From Bacilli bacterium (GTDB taxonomy: Bacteria; Bacillota_I; Bacilli_A; RFN20; CAG-826), in the NCBI GenBank assembly GCA_035326105.1, contig DAOKYO010000001.1:738115-802114 (forward strand): a DNA stretch of 64,000 nucleotides, read 5' to 3'. Of this stretch, positions 20,035 to 30,376 are shown piece after piece (position 1 is the first letter of the stretch; each line of letters opens with the position of its first letter). The notes under the pieces are model-generated. The model ran no database searches, was not told the DNA's origin, and worked only from the letters and a program-made list of their open reading frames with translations. Both the position numbers and the translations under genes were made by a program.

Positions 20035-21257
20035 TTAATATAGAAAAAATCCGCAGGGACTTTCCGATGCTTGAGGGTAAATCAATGCAGGGGAAACCAC
20101 TGGTGTATCTTGATAATGCCGCCACTAGTTTTAAACCATATTCGGTCATCAAAGCGATAACGGATTATTACACTAATTACACCTCTAATTCTCATCGCGG
20201 TGATTATGACATTGCCCATCAAGTGGATGTAATGGTTGAAGATACCCGCAGGAAAGTTGCTGACTTTATTAAAAGTAAAGCGACGGAGATCGTTTTTACC
20301 AGCGGAACTTCAATGTCGATAAATATGGTTGCTTTTGGCTACGGAATGAAGTTTTTGAAGCCGGGAGACGAGATTTTGCTCACACAAGCTGAGCATGCCT
20401 CCAATGTTTTACCCTGGTTTAAAGTGGCGGAAATGACCGGAGCCCAAATCAATTATATTCCTCTTGACGAAGAAGGGCGCTTGACACCAGATAATTTGGC
20501 GAAGGTCATATCCAGTAAAACGAAAATCGTCGCGGTGGCTCATGTAACCAATGTTTTGGGTTTTGTCGTTGACATCAAGGCAATCGCCAAAGTAACACAC
20601 GCACAAGGAGCAATATTGGTCTGCGATGGTGCTCAGAGCGTTCCCCACATGAAGACGGATGTGACAGATTGGGATGTGGATTTTCTTTCTTTCAGCGGCC
20701 ACAAAATGCTTGGTCCGACCGGCATCGGCGTTCTTTATGGTAAATTCTCTCTTCTAGAAAAAATGGATCCATTTATGACGGGCGGTGGACAAACAGCAAA
20801 GTTTGATATGTGCGGTGATGTGAACTTTCTTGCGCCACCGATAAAATTTGAAGCCGGAACGCAAAACTTAGCCGGAATTGCCGGCCTGGGGGCGGCCATC
20901 GATTACCTAACGAGTATAGGGATGGATAATATTGAAAAATATGAGCGTGATTTGAAGCGCTATGCAATTGAAAAATTGGCTGAAGTGGATAATGTTGTCG
21001 TGTATAATCCGCATAGCGAAGCGGGAATTGTAACTTTTAACATCAAAGATGTCTTTGCTCAAGATGCGGCCAGTTTCTTCAACAGTCGCGGAATAGCCGT
21101 TCGCAGCGGTCAACATTGCGCTAAGATTTTAATTGACTTTTTGCACGTTGTTTCGACATGCCGGGCATCGTTCTATTTTTATAACACGAAGGCGGAAATT
21201 GATGCTTTTGTCGAAGCGGCTAAACACGGAGGTGACTTTCTCGATGCTTACCTTTAA
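20031..21257 (+). CDS. sufS: Cysteine desulfurase SufS
   Basis: PLP-lysine region SFSGHKMLGPTGIG and catalytic Cys loop RSGQHCA. Confidence 0.92.
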   Translation: MINIEKIRRDFPMLEGKSMQGKPLVYLDNAATSFKPYSVIKAITDYYTNYTSNSHRGDYDIAHQVDVMVEDTRRKVADFIKSKATEIVFTSGTSMSINMVAFGYGMKFLKPGDEILLTQAEHASNVLPWFKVAEMTGAQINYIPLDEEGRLTPDNLAKVISSKTKIVAVAHVTNVLGFVVDIKAIAKVTHAQGAILVCDGAQSVPHMKTDVTDWDVDFLSFSGHKMLGPTGIGVLYGKFSLLEKMDPFMTGGGQTAKFDMCGDVNFLAPPIKFEAGTQNLAGIAGLGAAIDYLTSIGMDNIEKYERDLKRYAIEKLAEVDNVVVYNPHSEAGIVTFNIKDVFAQDAASFFNSRGIAVRSGQHCAKILIDFLHVVSTCRASFYFYNTKAEIDAFVEAAKHGGDFLDAYL

Positions 21258-21696
21258 TCCCCAGATGATGCGAGCCATTATTATGGATCACTATCAAAAT
21301 CCAAGGAATAAACGAACCCCGATAGATGTTGATAAATATAGCAAAATTCATATGGATTCGGCCTCCTGTGTCGATGATATATGGGTGTATTTATTATTGA
21401 AAGATGACAGAGTTGAGGACGTTGCTTGGGATGGCGTTGCCTGTACTATTTCTACGGCTTCAACGTCGATTATGAGCGAACTCGTGCAAGGGAAAAGCGC
21501 CCATGATGCCCTCTACATTATTGACCAATATCTAAAAATGATTCATGAGGAATCTTTTGATGATTCGGTTTTAGACGAGGCGATTGTTTTTATGAATACC
21601 GCTCGCCAAGCAGCGCGCATTAAGTGTGCGACAATCGGCTGGACTGGTTTGCAAGATCTGATTTTAGAGGAGGAAAAAGAACATCACCATGGATAA
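21244..21696 (+). CDS. sufU: Sulfur-acceptor/scaffold protein SufU
   Basis: Starts at an internal ATG ([23 protein letters not shown]). Conserved Cys residues in [12 protein letters not shown] and IKCATI. The longer 21133 ORF lies inside sufS. Confidence 0.85.
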   Translation: MLTFNPQMMRAIIMDHYQNPRNKRTPIDVDKYSKIHMDSASCVDDIWVYLLLKDDRVEDVAWDGVACTISTASTSIMSELVQGKSAHDALYIIDQYLKMIHEESFDDSVLDEAIVFMNTARQAARIKCATIGWTGLQDLILEEEKEHHHG

Positions 21697-23086
21697 TAAA
21701 AATATTCCTTCTGAAGATTACAAATATGGGTTTCACAATGAGGATGTTTCAATTTTAAACACGGGCAAAGGTCTCAATGAAAAAGTGGTGGAGGAAATTT
21801 CTCTTTTAAAAGAAGAGCCTTCTTGGATGAAGGAGTTCCGTTTACGTTCCTATGCGACTTTTTTAAAAGCCCCGATGCCATCGTTTGGACCGGATTTAAG
21901 TCTGATTGACTTTGATTCATATACCTATTTTACCCGGCCTTCGGAGCGGGAAGCAACCAATTGGAATAATGTTCCAGATACGATTAAAGACACCTTTAAT
22001 AAGTTGGGGATTCCTGAAGCTGAGCAGAAGTATTTGAGTGGGGTCGCCACTCAATATGAGTCGGAGATGGTCTACCATAATATGCTCAAGGAAGTTGAGG
22101 ATAAGGGAGTTATTTTTCTATCAACCGATATGGCTCTCAAACTATACCCAGAATTAGTAAAAAAGTATTTTGGAACCGTAGTTCCAGCTGCCGACAATAA
22201 ATTCGCGGCCCTAAATAGCGCCGTTTGGAGTGGCGGTTCTTTTATTTATGTTCCGAAAGGAGTGAAAGTGGATAAACCTCTTCAATCCTACTTCCGCATT
22301 AATAACGAGAAGATGGGCCAATTTGAAAGAACGCTTATTGTGGTTGATGAAGGGGCTGACGTGCATTATGTTGAAGGATGCACGGCGCCAATTTATAGCA
22401 AGGAATCTCTACATGCCGCTATCGTAGAGATAATTGTTAAAAAAGGCGGACGTTGCCGTTATTCAACTATTCAAAATTGGTCGAACAATATAATAAATCT
22501 TGTTACAAAGCGCGCCTATGTCGAAGAAAATGGATCGATGGAGTGGATTGATGGCAATATCGGCAGTCAATTAAATATGAAATATCCATCGTGTATTCTT
22601 GCCGGACGCGGAGCTAAAGGAACATGCATATCCGTGGCCGTGGCATCAAACGGCCAATATCAGGATGCGGGGGCACGCATGATACATCTAGCCCCGGATA
22701 CAAATTCAACCATTATTTCTAAGTCGGTTGTCCGTCATGGCGGCGTGGCCAATTATCGGGGAACAGTCCGGCATTTACCAAAGGCCATCAATGCGAAATC
22801 GCATGTTGAATGCGACACTTTGATTTTGGACCACGCTTCCCGTTCCGATACGATTCCGACCAACGATATGCGCAACAATGAATCCTATATCGAGCACGAA
22901 GCCACTGTCAGTAAAATTAGCGAAGATCAATTATTCTATCTTATGAGTCGCGGAATAAGTGAAAAAGATGCAACCCAGATGATTATCATGGGATTTATTG
23001 AACCATTTTCACGCGAGCTTCCTATGGAATATGCCGTTGAATTAAATCGTCTAATCGCCCTGGATATGGAGGGGTCGGTTGGTTAG
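21689..23086 (+). CDS. sufB: Fe-S cluster assembly protein SufB
   Basis: Typical SufB sequence (…HYVEGCTAP…, …[25 protein letters not shown]…). Confidence 0.92.
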   Translation: MDNKNIPSEDYKYGFHNEDVSILNTGKGLNEKVVEEISLLKEEPSWMKEFRLRSYATFLKAPMPSFGPDLSLIDFDSYTYFTRPSEREATNWNNVPDTIKDTFNKLGIPEAEQKYLSGVATQYESEMVYHNMLKEVEDKGVIFLSTDMALKLYPELVKKYFGTVVPAADNKFAALNSAVWSGGSFIYVPKGVKVDKPLQSYFRINNEKMGQFERTLIVVDEGADVHYVEGCTAPIYSKESLHAAIVEIIVKKGGRCRYSTIQNWSNNIINLVTKRAYVEENGSMEWIDGNIGSQLNMKYPSCILAGRGAKGTCISVAVASNGQYQDAGARMIHLAPDTNSTIISKSVVRHGGVANYRGTVRHLPKAINAKSHVECDTLILDHASRSDTIPTNDMRNNESYIEHEATVSKISEDQLFYLMSRGISEKDATQMIIMGFIEPFSRELPMEYAVELNRLIALDMEGSVG

Positions 23087-23087
23087 T

Positions 23088-24959
23088 ATGAAAACAGAAT
23101 ATGATGTAATCGTCGTCGGCGGGGGGCATGCGGGTCTCGAAGCGGCGATGGCCAGCGCCCATATGGGAATGGATACTCTTTTGTGTACTTTGAATATTAA
23201 AATGATGGGAAATATGCCATGCAATCCTTCCATCGGTGGAAGTGCAAAAGGTATCGTCGTGCGAGAAATTGATGCGCTGGGAGGCATGATGGGCATCGGC
23301 GCCGATCATGAGTATCTCCAAATGAAAATGCTCAACACCGGCAAGGGCCCGGGCGTTCAGTGTCTAAGAGCGCAGGCGGATAAGAAAACATATCCGGCAT
23401 ACATGCAGCATTTGGCTTTAAACACGAATAATTTGAGTCTGCTTGAAGCGATGGTGGTCGGGTTGCTGCACGATGACAAAAATGTTTTTGGCGTCGAATT
23501 AGAAAATGGTGAAAAAATATTTTCAAAAGCGGTTATTTTAACCACGGGAACCTACATGGAAAGTGAAGTTCTCGTTGGTCACGCACGCAAATCTGCCGGT
23601 CCGGATGGGGAGAATCCCAGCCGTGGATTATCGCCCTTTTTAGCAGCGATGGGCATTAAATTAATGCGTTTGAAAACAGGTACTCCGCAGCGAATTAAGC
23701 GGGATTCTATCGATTTTTCAAAAACAGTAATTCAGCTAGGGACTCCCGGCGAGCTGGCTTTTTCTTACACAACCAAAAAATTTATTCCTCTTAATGAGCA
23801 AGAACCGTGTTATTTGACTTATACCACAGAAAAAACTCATCAGATAATCCGCGAACATCTTTTAGATTCGGCGATGTATGGCGGGTGTGTTCGCGGGGTT
23901 GGGCCGCGATATTGTCCCTCAATCGAGGATAAGATTGTTCGCTTTGCCGATAAACCCCGGCACCAATTGTTTTTGGAGCCGGAGTCAAGAATGACCGACA
24001 GTATCTATTTACAGGGTTTTTCTACCTCGATGCCCCAGAATGTGCAAGACGAAATGGTCCATTCGCTGCCGGGACTAGAAAAGGCGGTTATTCTAAAATA
24101 TGCTTATGCAATTGAATACGATGCGATTGATCCCTTTCAATTACTTCCTACTCTTGAAATGAAAAAATGGCCGGGCCTATATATCGCCGGTCAAATTTGC
24201 GGAACATCTGGTTACGAAGAAGCGGCAGGTCTCGGTTTGATGGCCGGTATCAATGCGGTTCGCAAAATTCAGCAATCAGAGCCGATTATCCTTAGGAGAG
24301 ACCAAGCCTATATTGGCGTTATGATTGACGATATCGTAACTAAGGGTGTCACAGACCCTTATCGTCTTCTTTCTTCACGAGCAGAATATCGGCTTTTGTT
24401 AAGACATGACAATGCTGATCTTCGCCTTACAAAAATCGGCTATGATATTGGTTTAATTAACGAGGATCGCTATCGGGATTTTTGCGCAAAAAATGTTGCG
24501 ATTGAAAAAGCCAAGGCAATACTGGCCACGCTTCACACAAGCGGTCCGGTATTTCGCGACTATTTGGATTCTGTCGGATACCCCGATTATCAAGGTGGAT
24601 TAACCGGCGAAGAACTGCTTCGGCGGCCTAACGTTTCCTTAAAGGATCTGCTTCCGTTTATTCCCGAACTATCGGCACTTAAACTCGACACTACGGCGAT
24701 TAGCCAATTGGAAGTTATGGTAAAATATGTCGGATACATCAATAAACAGATTGAGGATGCGCAAAACTTTCAGAAGATGGAGGAGTTACAAATTCCGATG
24801 AATATCGAGTATCAACATATGGATGGTTTAGCTCTTGAAGCCAGACAGAAATTAGATAAATTTCGCCCGCTTACCATCGGGCAGGCGAGTCGAATCAGCG
24901 GTATCAATCCTAGCGATGTCGCCATTCTAATCATGAACATTCGAAAGGGGAAAAACTGA
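23088..24959 (+). CDS. mnmG: tRNA uridine-5-carboxymethylaminomethyl modification enzyme MnmG (GidA)
   Basis: FAD motif YDVIVVGGGHAGLEAA and full-length GidA-like sequence. The ATG at 23088 is preferred over the TTG at 23079. Confidence 0.95.
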   Translation: MKTEYDVIVVGGGHAGLEAAMASAHMGMDTLLCTLNIKMMGNMPCNPSIGGSAKGIVVREIDALGGMMGIGADHEYLQMKMLNTGKGPGVQCLRAQADKKTYPAYMQHLALNTNNLSLLEAMVVGLLHDDKNVFGVELENGEKIFSKAVILTTGTYMESEVLVGHARKSAGPDGENPSRGLSPFLAAMGIKLMRLKTGTPQRIKRDSIDFSKTVIQLGTPGELAFSYTTKKFIPLNEQEPCYLTYTTEKTHQIIREHLLDSAMYGGCVRGVGPRYCPSIEDKIVRFADKPRHQLFLEPESRMTDSIYLQGFSTSMPQNVQDEMVHSLPGLEKAVILKYAYAIEYDAIDPFQLLPTLEMKKWPGLYIAGQICGTSGYEEAAGLGLMAGINAVRKIQQSEPIILRRDQAYIGVMIDDIVTKGVTDPYRLLSSRAEYRLLLRHDNADLRLTKIGYDIGLINEDRYRDFCAKNVAIEKAKAILATLHTSGPVFRDYLDSVGYPDYQGGLTGEELLRRPNVSLKDLLPFIPELSALKLDTTAISQLEVMVKYVGYINKQIEDAQNFQKMEELQIPMNIEYQHMDGLALEARQKLDKFRPLTIGQASRISGINPSDVAILIMNIRKGKN

Positions 24960-25663
24960 TGACTTGGAATGAATTCATAATTGCGTCGGATGAACTTGGT
25001 TTCCCCCTTTCAGCAACCCAAATAAACCAGTTTCATCTTTACTATGATCTTCTGAACGAATGGAATCAAAAAATAAATTTGACGGCGCTTACCAGCGAAA
25101 GCGACATTCTTGAAAAACATTTCTATGATTCGCTCCTTTTGGCTCCCTTTCTAAAAGAAAATCATAATTTACTTGATATCGGCAGCGGAGCCGGACTTCC
25201 GGGAATCCCAATTAAAATTTTGTTTCCGGAACTGGATGTTGTTTTGCTTGAGCCGACGGGTAAACGGGCCCGCTTCTTGGAATTGGTCATCTCATCTTTG
25301 AAACTGCTGAAAATTCGAGTGGTAAATGAACGAGCGGAGGATTTTGCTCATCAGGCACGGGAAGCATTTTTTTATGTTACCGCCCGGGCAGTTGCTCAAC
25401 TGGCCATTTTAAGTGAGTTGGCTTTACCCTTTACGGCTGTCGGTGGAACTTTTTATCCGATGAAAGCCAAGGACACCGCGGCGGAAATTGCCTGTTCGCT
25501 ATCGGGAATCATTCGTCTAGGAGGCAACTATCGGAAAACAAATTCTTTTTTGCTACCATCGCATGAGACGCGAACTATCATCGAAATCGGAAAAGAAAAG
25601 CCCACTCCTAAAAAATATCCCCGCCAATTTGGTGAGATAAAGAAACATCCGCTTATTTCCTAG
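24959..25663 (+). CDS. rsmG: 16S rRNA m7G527 methyltransferase RsmG (GidB)
   Basis: SAM motif LLDIGSGAGLPGIPIKI. TGATG junction with mnmG. Confidence 0.9.
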   Translation: MTWNEFIIASDELGFPLSATQINQFHLYYDLLNEWNQKINLTALTSESDILEKHFYDSLLLAPFLKENHNLLDIGSGAGLPGIPIKILFPELDVVLLEPTGKRARFLELVISSLKLLKIRVVNERAEDFAHQAREAFFYVTARAVAQLAILSELALPFTAVGGTFYPMKAKDTAAEIACSLSGIIRLGGNYRKTNSFLLPSHETRTIIEIGKEKPTPKKYPRQFGEIKKHPLIS

Positions 25664-25735
25664 TTTTGTGCGGTAAACCCTAGAAGATTAGCCCAACTAC
25701 TGATATACTATTGACGATATTATGGAGAGGTAGTT

Positions 25736-26506
25736 ATGGCGCATATTATAGCCGTTGCAAATCAAAAAGGTGGGGTGGGAAAGACCACCACGGCAATCAA
25801 TCTTTCGAGTGCGCTGGCCCAGAACGGCGAACGGGTTCTTTTGATTGATATGGATCCCCAAGGCAATTCCTCCCGCGGATTAGGCTGCGATATATCACTG
25901 CTTAAAAATACTATTCATCAGTGCCTTTTGGGGGAAATAGAAACCGAAAAGGCTCTCCGCAAAACGATGATAAAGGATTTGGATTTATTGCCGGCAAACT
26001 TAAAACTGGCTTCGATTGATGTCGAAGTAATCGGCAAAAATATCGCTCCGTTTTATTTGTTGAAAGGGGTGATTTCCGCCCTTGATAATCGTTACGATTT
26101 TATGATTATCGACTGCCCGCCCTCACTAGGCATATTAAACATCAATGCCCTTGTAGCTTCTAATTCGGTTATCATTCCCGTTCAATGCGAATATTTTGCG
26201 ATGGAGGCGGTCGCGGCTATTCTATCTTCAATCAGCAAAATTCAATCAACCTACAATCACCATTTAGAAATTGAAGGTTTCCTTTTGACTATGTATGATT
26301 CGCGCACGAGGCTCGGAGTGGAAATTTCAACCCAAATCCGCGGATTATTTAAAGAGAAAACATTTATAACGCAGATTCCGCGCAACATATCCATCCCGGA
26401 GAGCAGTGCCCGGGGATTACCGGTTACCCTTTATAAACCGACCAGTTCCGGCGCCACGGCATATCTTAATTTGGCCAAGGAGATTTTGCTCAATGAAGCG
26501 CAATGA
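25736..26506 (+). CDS. parA: Chromosome-partitioning ATPase ParA/Soj
   Basis: Deviant Walker A NQKGGVGKTTT, DMDPQGN and IIDCPPSL. Confidence 0.92.
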   Translation: MAHIIAVANQKGGVGKTTTAINLSSALAQNGERVLLIDMDPQGNSSRGLGCDISLLKNTIHQCLLGEIETEKALRKTMIKDLDLLPANLKLASIDVEVIGKNIAPFYLLKGVISALDNRYDFMIIDCPPSLGILNINALVASNSVIIPVQCEYFAMEAVAAILSSISKIQSTYNHHLEIEGFLLTMYDSRTRLGVEISTQIRGLFKEKTFITQIPRNISIPESSARGLPVTLYKPTSSGATAYLNLAKEILLNEAQ

Positions 26507-27320
26507 TGAGACGATTGTTAAAACCAATCTCTCACGGCTGGTTAAGAAGTACGCCCAAAGCGATGTTATTCATTCCATGGAGCGCGAATATAAAAGCGCT
26601 CCCGCCTTTTATATCGATACCGATTTAATTGATGATAATTCATTTTTGAAAAAACTTCCGATGCGCGTGACTACCATATCGGCATTGGCTTCATCCTTTG
26701 AAAATGGCGATATTATCGAGCCGCTTGTCCTTCGTCCGAAAGGAAAACGCTATGAGGTTGTTATGGGCAGAAAACGTCTTTTGGCCGCGCAAAAAGTCAA
26801 ACTTTCTCACCTGCCCGCTATCGTTAAGGAATATACCGATGAAGAGGTTTTGTTGGTTTTATTGGCCATCGCTCGGGATGAACATGATGTGAATCCAATC
26901 GAACAGGCGTTGATTGCTTCTTATCTTGTCAGTATGTTTGGCTATACTCAAAGTGCAATTGCCACGCTCACGCATCAAAGTAGACCCCAGGTGACAAACA
27001 TTATGCGGTTACTGAAACTGCCGGAGCCAATTATGGATGAAGTATCGCTCGGTAATTTGAGCTATGGTCATGCACGAGCGCTCTGCGGGGTAAGTGAAGA
27101 CCGGCGATTGGATGTTTATGAACAAATAAAAAACAATCATTTAACTGTTCGTCAAACCGAGGATTTAATCAATAAATCCTATCGTAAAGAAAAGAAAAAA
27201 CCTGCAAAGAAATTTTCCTATTCAAAAGTAATTCATATCAATGGGATAGAATTAAAAGCGAGTTTTTCTTCTTTGCAGGAGATGGAAGATTTTCTTTATT
27301 ATCTTGAAAACAAACAATAA
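26493..27320 (+). CDS. parB: ParB/Spo0J-family protein with a non-canonical box II
   Basis: ParB HTH region GYTQSAIATLTHQSRPQVTNIMRLLKLP and LSYGHARAL. Box II reads GRKRLLAA instead of GERRxRAA. The start is taken at the ATG overlapping the parA stop. Confidence 0.8.
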   Translation: MKRNDETIVKTNLSRLVKKYAQSDVIHSMEREYKSAPAFYIDTDLIDDNSFLKKLPMRVTTISALASSFENGDIIEPLVLRPKGKRYEVVMGRKRLLAAQKVKLSHLPAIVKEYTDEEVLLVLLAIARDEHDVNPIEQALIASYLVSMFGYTQSAIATLTHQSRPQVTNIMRLLKLPEPIMDEVSLGNLSYGHARALCGVSEDRRLDVYEQIKNNHLTVRQTEDLINKSYRKEKKKPAKKFSYSKVIHINGIELKASFSSLQEMEDFLYYLENKQ

Positions 27321-27323
27321 TGG

Positions 27324-27352
27324 TTGCATGAGTAATTATTTTGAACGATAAT
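27324..27352 (+). promoter_or_regulatory. Sigma-A-type promoter of the FMN riboswitch / ribU unit
   Basis: TTGCAT (27324-27329), 17-nt spacer, GATAAT (27347-27352). Confidence 0.5.
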
Positions 27353-27358
27353 ATGCTT

Positions 27359-27467
27359 ATCTTCAGGGCGGGGTGCGATTCCCCACCGGCGGTATACCCC
27401 GCGAGCTCATGTGAGCACGAACTGGTGCAATTCCAGTGGCGACAGTAAAGTCTGGATAAAAGAGGAT
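27359..27467 (+). promoter_or_regulatory. FMN riboswitch (RFN element) aptamer
   Basis: Conserved core cttcagggcggggtgcgattccccaccggcggta…ccccgcgagc…ctggtgcaattccagtggcgacagtaaagtctggat. P1 forms from atcttc (27359-27364) and gaggat (27462-27467). Confidence 0.88.
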
Positions 27468-27480
27468 TTTTGCTTTTTTC

Positions 27481-27506
27481 GCCCCGGAGTGGGCATTTTT
27501 TATTTT
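27481..27506 (+). terminator. Putative riboswitch expression-platform terminator (weak)
   Basis: Four-bp all-GC stem gccc/gggc followed by attttttatttt. It sits immediately before the ribU SD (aaggag). Confidence 0.4.
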
Positions 27507-27519
27507 AAGGAGCAAAAAT

Positions 27520-28122
27520 ATGGAACCGACAACCCCACCAGTTCAAAAGAAGCCAAAGAAACTATTCTCTGTCCATGCTATCGCCCGCATTGCGGTATTC
27601 TCCGCTATTGCGACCATCCTTTATTTATTGCCATTTCCGCCGTTTAACTTTCCAATATTTCCGCAAGTGAGTTTTCTTTCAATTCACTTTGATGAAGTAC
27701 CGGCGCTTATTGCCGGCTTTGCCTATGGCCCATTAGCCGGATCACTGGTAATTGTTATCCGAACCATAATCAAACTTCCTTTTTCGAGCACGGCGATGGT
27801 TGGCGAGTTAGCGGATTTAATATTTAGCTTAGCTCTCGTTCTCCCAGCCACGCTGCTTTATCATCAAAATCGCACTCTAAAAGGAGCGATTTATGCGCTT
27901 ATTTTCGGAACGACATCGCAAGTCATTGTGGCGACGGCGGGGAATTTATATTTTATTGCCGACTTTTACAACAATCTATTTGGCGGAGCCATCTTTAATC
28001 TCATGGACATGGGAACCTATCTAAAATGGCTGATCCCTTTCAACTTGATCAAAGATGTGATGGTTTCAATCGTAACCTTCTTGGCCTATAAGAGTGTTCA
28101 TCGTCTGTTTGATCGCTTATGA
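27520..28122 (+). CDS. ribU: Riboflavin transporter, ECF S-component RibU-like
   Basis: Small (200 aa) ~6-TM protein directly downstream of the FMN riboswitch. Confidence 0.75.
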   Translation: MEPTTPPVQKKPKKLFSVHAIARIAVFSAIATILYLLPFPPFNFPIFPQVSFLSIHFDEVPALIAGFAYGPLAGSLVIVIRTIIKLPFSSTAMVGELADLIFSLALVLPATLLYHQNRTLKGAIYALIFGTTSQVIVATAGNLYFIADFYNNLFGGAIFNLMDMGTYLKWLIPFNLIKDVMVSIVTFLAYKSVHRLFDRL

Positions 28123-28123
28123 A

Positions 28124-29026
28124 TTACGAAACCCGACCGTTTTTGCGGAAGGCAAAAATATTGATAATCGCGCAAATAATGATGAAACCGCCGATATATA
28201 GATAACTGAAGATATTTCCTAATTCGATGGAAAAGAAGCTTAAATGGAAGGAAAATCCGTCAGCTAACGAATTGGCGGCCTCCGTACCGATATAAGCCGT
28301 CATGCTGTTTAAAGGTCCGCTCATTGTCACTTGTCTTAACAAAGCGGCAATATGTGCTCCCGGAACTAAAGCAATAATATTTTGAATGAACACCGGAAAC
28401 ATAGTCGGAGGCATGTATGCTCCAAGTAGAAATCCGGATAAGGCGGAGCTAAGACCGATAAAACCACCGAATGACGATTCACTCCGAAATAATTTTCCGG
28501 CCGGTAAAACGAACAATACTGCGCTGACGGATCCGATTATAATCAACAAAATGATTTTTCCCAAAACGAGAAAGTCAAAAACCAGTGAACCCCGAATTAA
28601 AAGATAAAGTCCCGTAAAAATAAAAACGACCACTTCGATAAGAATCGAAGTTATAACCGCACTGAGGAAATAGGAAATCGAAATGAAAGAGGCTTTGGTG
28701 GGGGTTACCAAAAAATCATCGTAAACCCGTTTGGCTTGGTCTTGAACGATAATTTGGGCTCCGCTTACCGATCCCGAAATAGCTCCAACGGCCAATACGC
28801 TTGATAGAAACCAGGCGTCTACGAAAGACTTTATCATTCCGCTTGTCATTCCGGGGATGGAAAGAAGGCTGTCTTCCAAACTTCTAATTTGAACTTCGCC
28901 TAAAAACAGAATGTAAAGAAGCAAAACGATAAGAGGCGTAAGAAACGAGAAAAAGACTGAGATTCGATCCCGAAAGAAAATCAACAGATTTCTTTTTGTT
29001 AATTGCCAAATAGTTCTCATAATCAA
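28124..29026 (-). CDS. ABC-2-type transporter permease
   Basis: 300-aa, 6-TM protein. ATGA-type overlap with the upstream DrrA-like ATPase. Confidence 0.75.
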   Translation of the reverse strand: MIMRTIWQLTKRNLLIFFRDRISVFFSFLTPLIVLLLYILFLGEVQIRSLEDSLLSIPGMTSGMIKSFVDAWFLSSVLAVGAISGSVSGAQIIVQDQAKRVYDDFLVTPTKASFISISYFLSAVITSILIEVVVFIFTGLYLLIRGSLVFDFLVLGKIILLIIIGSVSAVLFVLPAGKLFRSESSFGGFIGLSSALSGFLLGAYMPPTMFPVFIQNIIALVPGAHIAALLRQVTMSGPLNSMTAYIGTEAANSLADGFSFHLSFFSIELGNIFSYLYIGGFIIICAIINIFAFRKNGRVS

Positions 29027-29937
29027 CGCTCCAATTTCTTTCCGGTTACCTGCAAGAAAACATCGTCCATATTGCCCCGTACGACTTCGTAATCTACGAA
29101 CAAATCATGATATTGAATTATAAAATCGGTCACTGACTGAGAGTCGCTAAAGGTAACTCGATAGTGATCACCTGAATACTCATATGTAAGTTGACTGTGA
29201 AGCAATGCGCCGTTGATTGCCGGATCTTCCGCGTGATGAATGTATAAGTAGTTATGCGTGAAACGATTTTTCAAATCGCGCGGAGTTCCTTCAGCAACGA
29301 TTCGCCCCTCATCGATGATAATGACATGATCACTATTCTCGGTTTCTTCCATATAATGTGTGGTTAGAAAAATGGTCAGATGCTGTTTTAGGCGCAACTG
29401 GGAGAGAATATCCCAAACGATCTGTCGATTTTGGGGATCGAGTCCGGTAGTAGGCTCGTCAAGAAACAGAACGGATGGCTGATGAATAAGTGCGCGAGCA
29501 ATATCCACCCGTCTTTTTTGGCCGCCACTGAGGGTTTTTACCTGGCGTTTCAGAATATTGTCGAGATTAAGCAGTTGACTTAAATCGGTAATTCGTTGAT
29601 GAAGAGCTCCCTTTGCTATTCCGTAAAGCGCTCCGCGCGACAACAAGTTTTCGCGCACAGAAAGTGATTCGTCTAGAACGCTGTTTTGAAAGACGATGCC
29701 GATTTTCTTTTTTATTTGGTCACCATTTTTTTCAATATCAAGGCCATCGATAAATACCGATCCGACGTCTTTTGCCAATAAGCCCGCCAAAATTCTTATT
29801 GTCGTAGTTTTGCCCGCGCCATTAACCCCAAGAAATGAAAAGAATTCTCCTCTTTTGATTGAAAAGGAAATATTTTGAACAGCCTTAATTTCCTGGTAGC
29901 TTTTGCTAAGGTCTTTTACTGATATAATGGTATCCAT
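29023..29937 (-). CDS. ABC transporter ATP-binding protein (DrrA/ABC-2 subfamily)
   Basis: Walker A GVNGAGKTT, signature LSGGQKRRVDIARA and Walker B LFLDEPTTGLD. Confidence 0.9.
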   Translation of the reverse strand: MDTIISVKDLSKSYQEIKAVQNISFSIKRGEFFSFLGVNGAGKTTTIRILAGLLAKDVGSVFIDGLDIEKNGDQIKKKIGIVFQNSVLDESLSVRENLLSRGALYGIAKGALHQRITDLSQLLNLDNILKRQVKTLSGGQKRRVDIARALIHQPSVLFLDEPTTGLDPQNRQIVWDILSQLRLKQHLTIFLTTHYMEETENSDHVIIIDEGRIVAEGTPRDLKNRFTHNYLYIHHAEDPAINGALLHSQLTYEYSGDHYRVTFSDSQSVTDFIIQYHDLFVDYEVVRGNMDDVFLQVTGKKLER

Positions 29938-29980
29938 ATTTTTACCTCATACCAAATAATAATATTTTTATTTTTTAAAA

Positions 29981-30015
29981 AAAAGAAAAAACCGGTTGCG
30001 CAACCGGTTTCTCTT
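29981..30015 (-). terminator. Intrinsic terminator downstream of fer
   Basis: aaccggtt-gcgc-aaccggtt hairpin (29990-30009) followed by a T-run on the minus strand. Confidence 0.8.
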
Positions 30016-30030
30016 TAACTATTATAGAAT

Positions 30031-30225
30031 CTACTCAACAATAATGGCTTGAACGGGGCAATCTGCGACTGCGCCTTCAACCGCTTCTTCAAGCGCTTCA
30101 GGCACATCTTCAACAACCGTCTTCATTTTGCCGTCATCATCCCAATCAAATACATCTGGAACGGTAGCGTTGCAGAGGCCACAGCCGATGCAAGCATCTT
30201 TTTCAATACGAACTTTCTTTGCCAT
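30031..30225 (-). CDS. fer: Small single-cluster 4Fe-4S ferredoxin
   Basis: 64 aa with CIGCGLC…CP cluster ligands. Acidic protein. Confidence 0.88.
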   Translation of the reverse strand: MAKKVRIEKDACIGCGLCNATVPDVFDWDDDGKMKTVVEDVPEALEEAVEGAVADCPVQAIIVE

Positions 30226-30376
30226 ACTTTCCTCCTAATGACACCGCTATTATAAACCAAAATACTTATCTTAGACAAGGTTGAAATAAGAAGAGAAAAA
30301 TCTTGTTTTTATTACACATGCCACTAGGAATTATTGGCTTTCTTTAATATAATAGTTAGATGAAAAGGATGGTCGT

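Noticed and set aside
21133-21243. Long N-terminal extension of the SufU ORF (start at 21133)
   Set aside because: The extension lies entirely inside sufS in another frame. The conserved SufU sequence begins at the ATG at 21244, which overlaps the sufS stop.
26406-26492. N-terminal extension of the ParB ORF
   Set aside because: It lies within the parA coding sequence. The ATG at 26493, overlapping the parA stop, is the more likely start.
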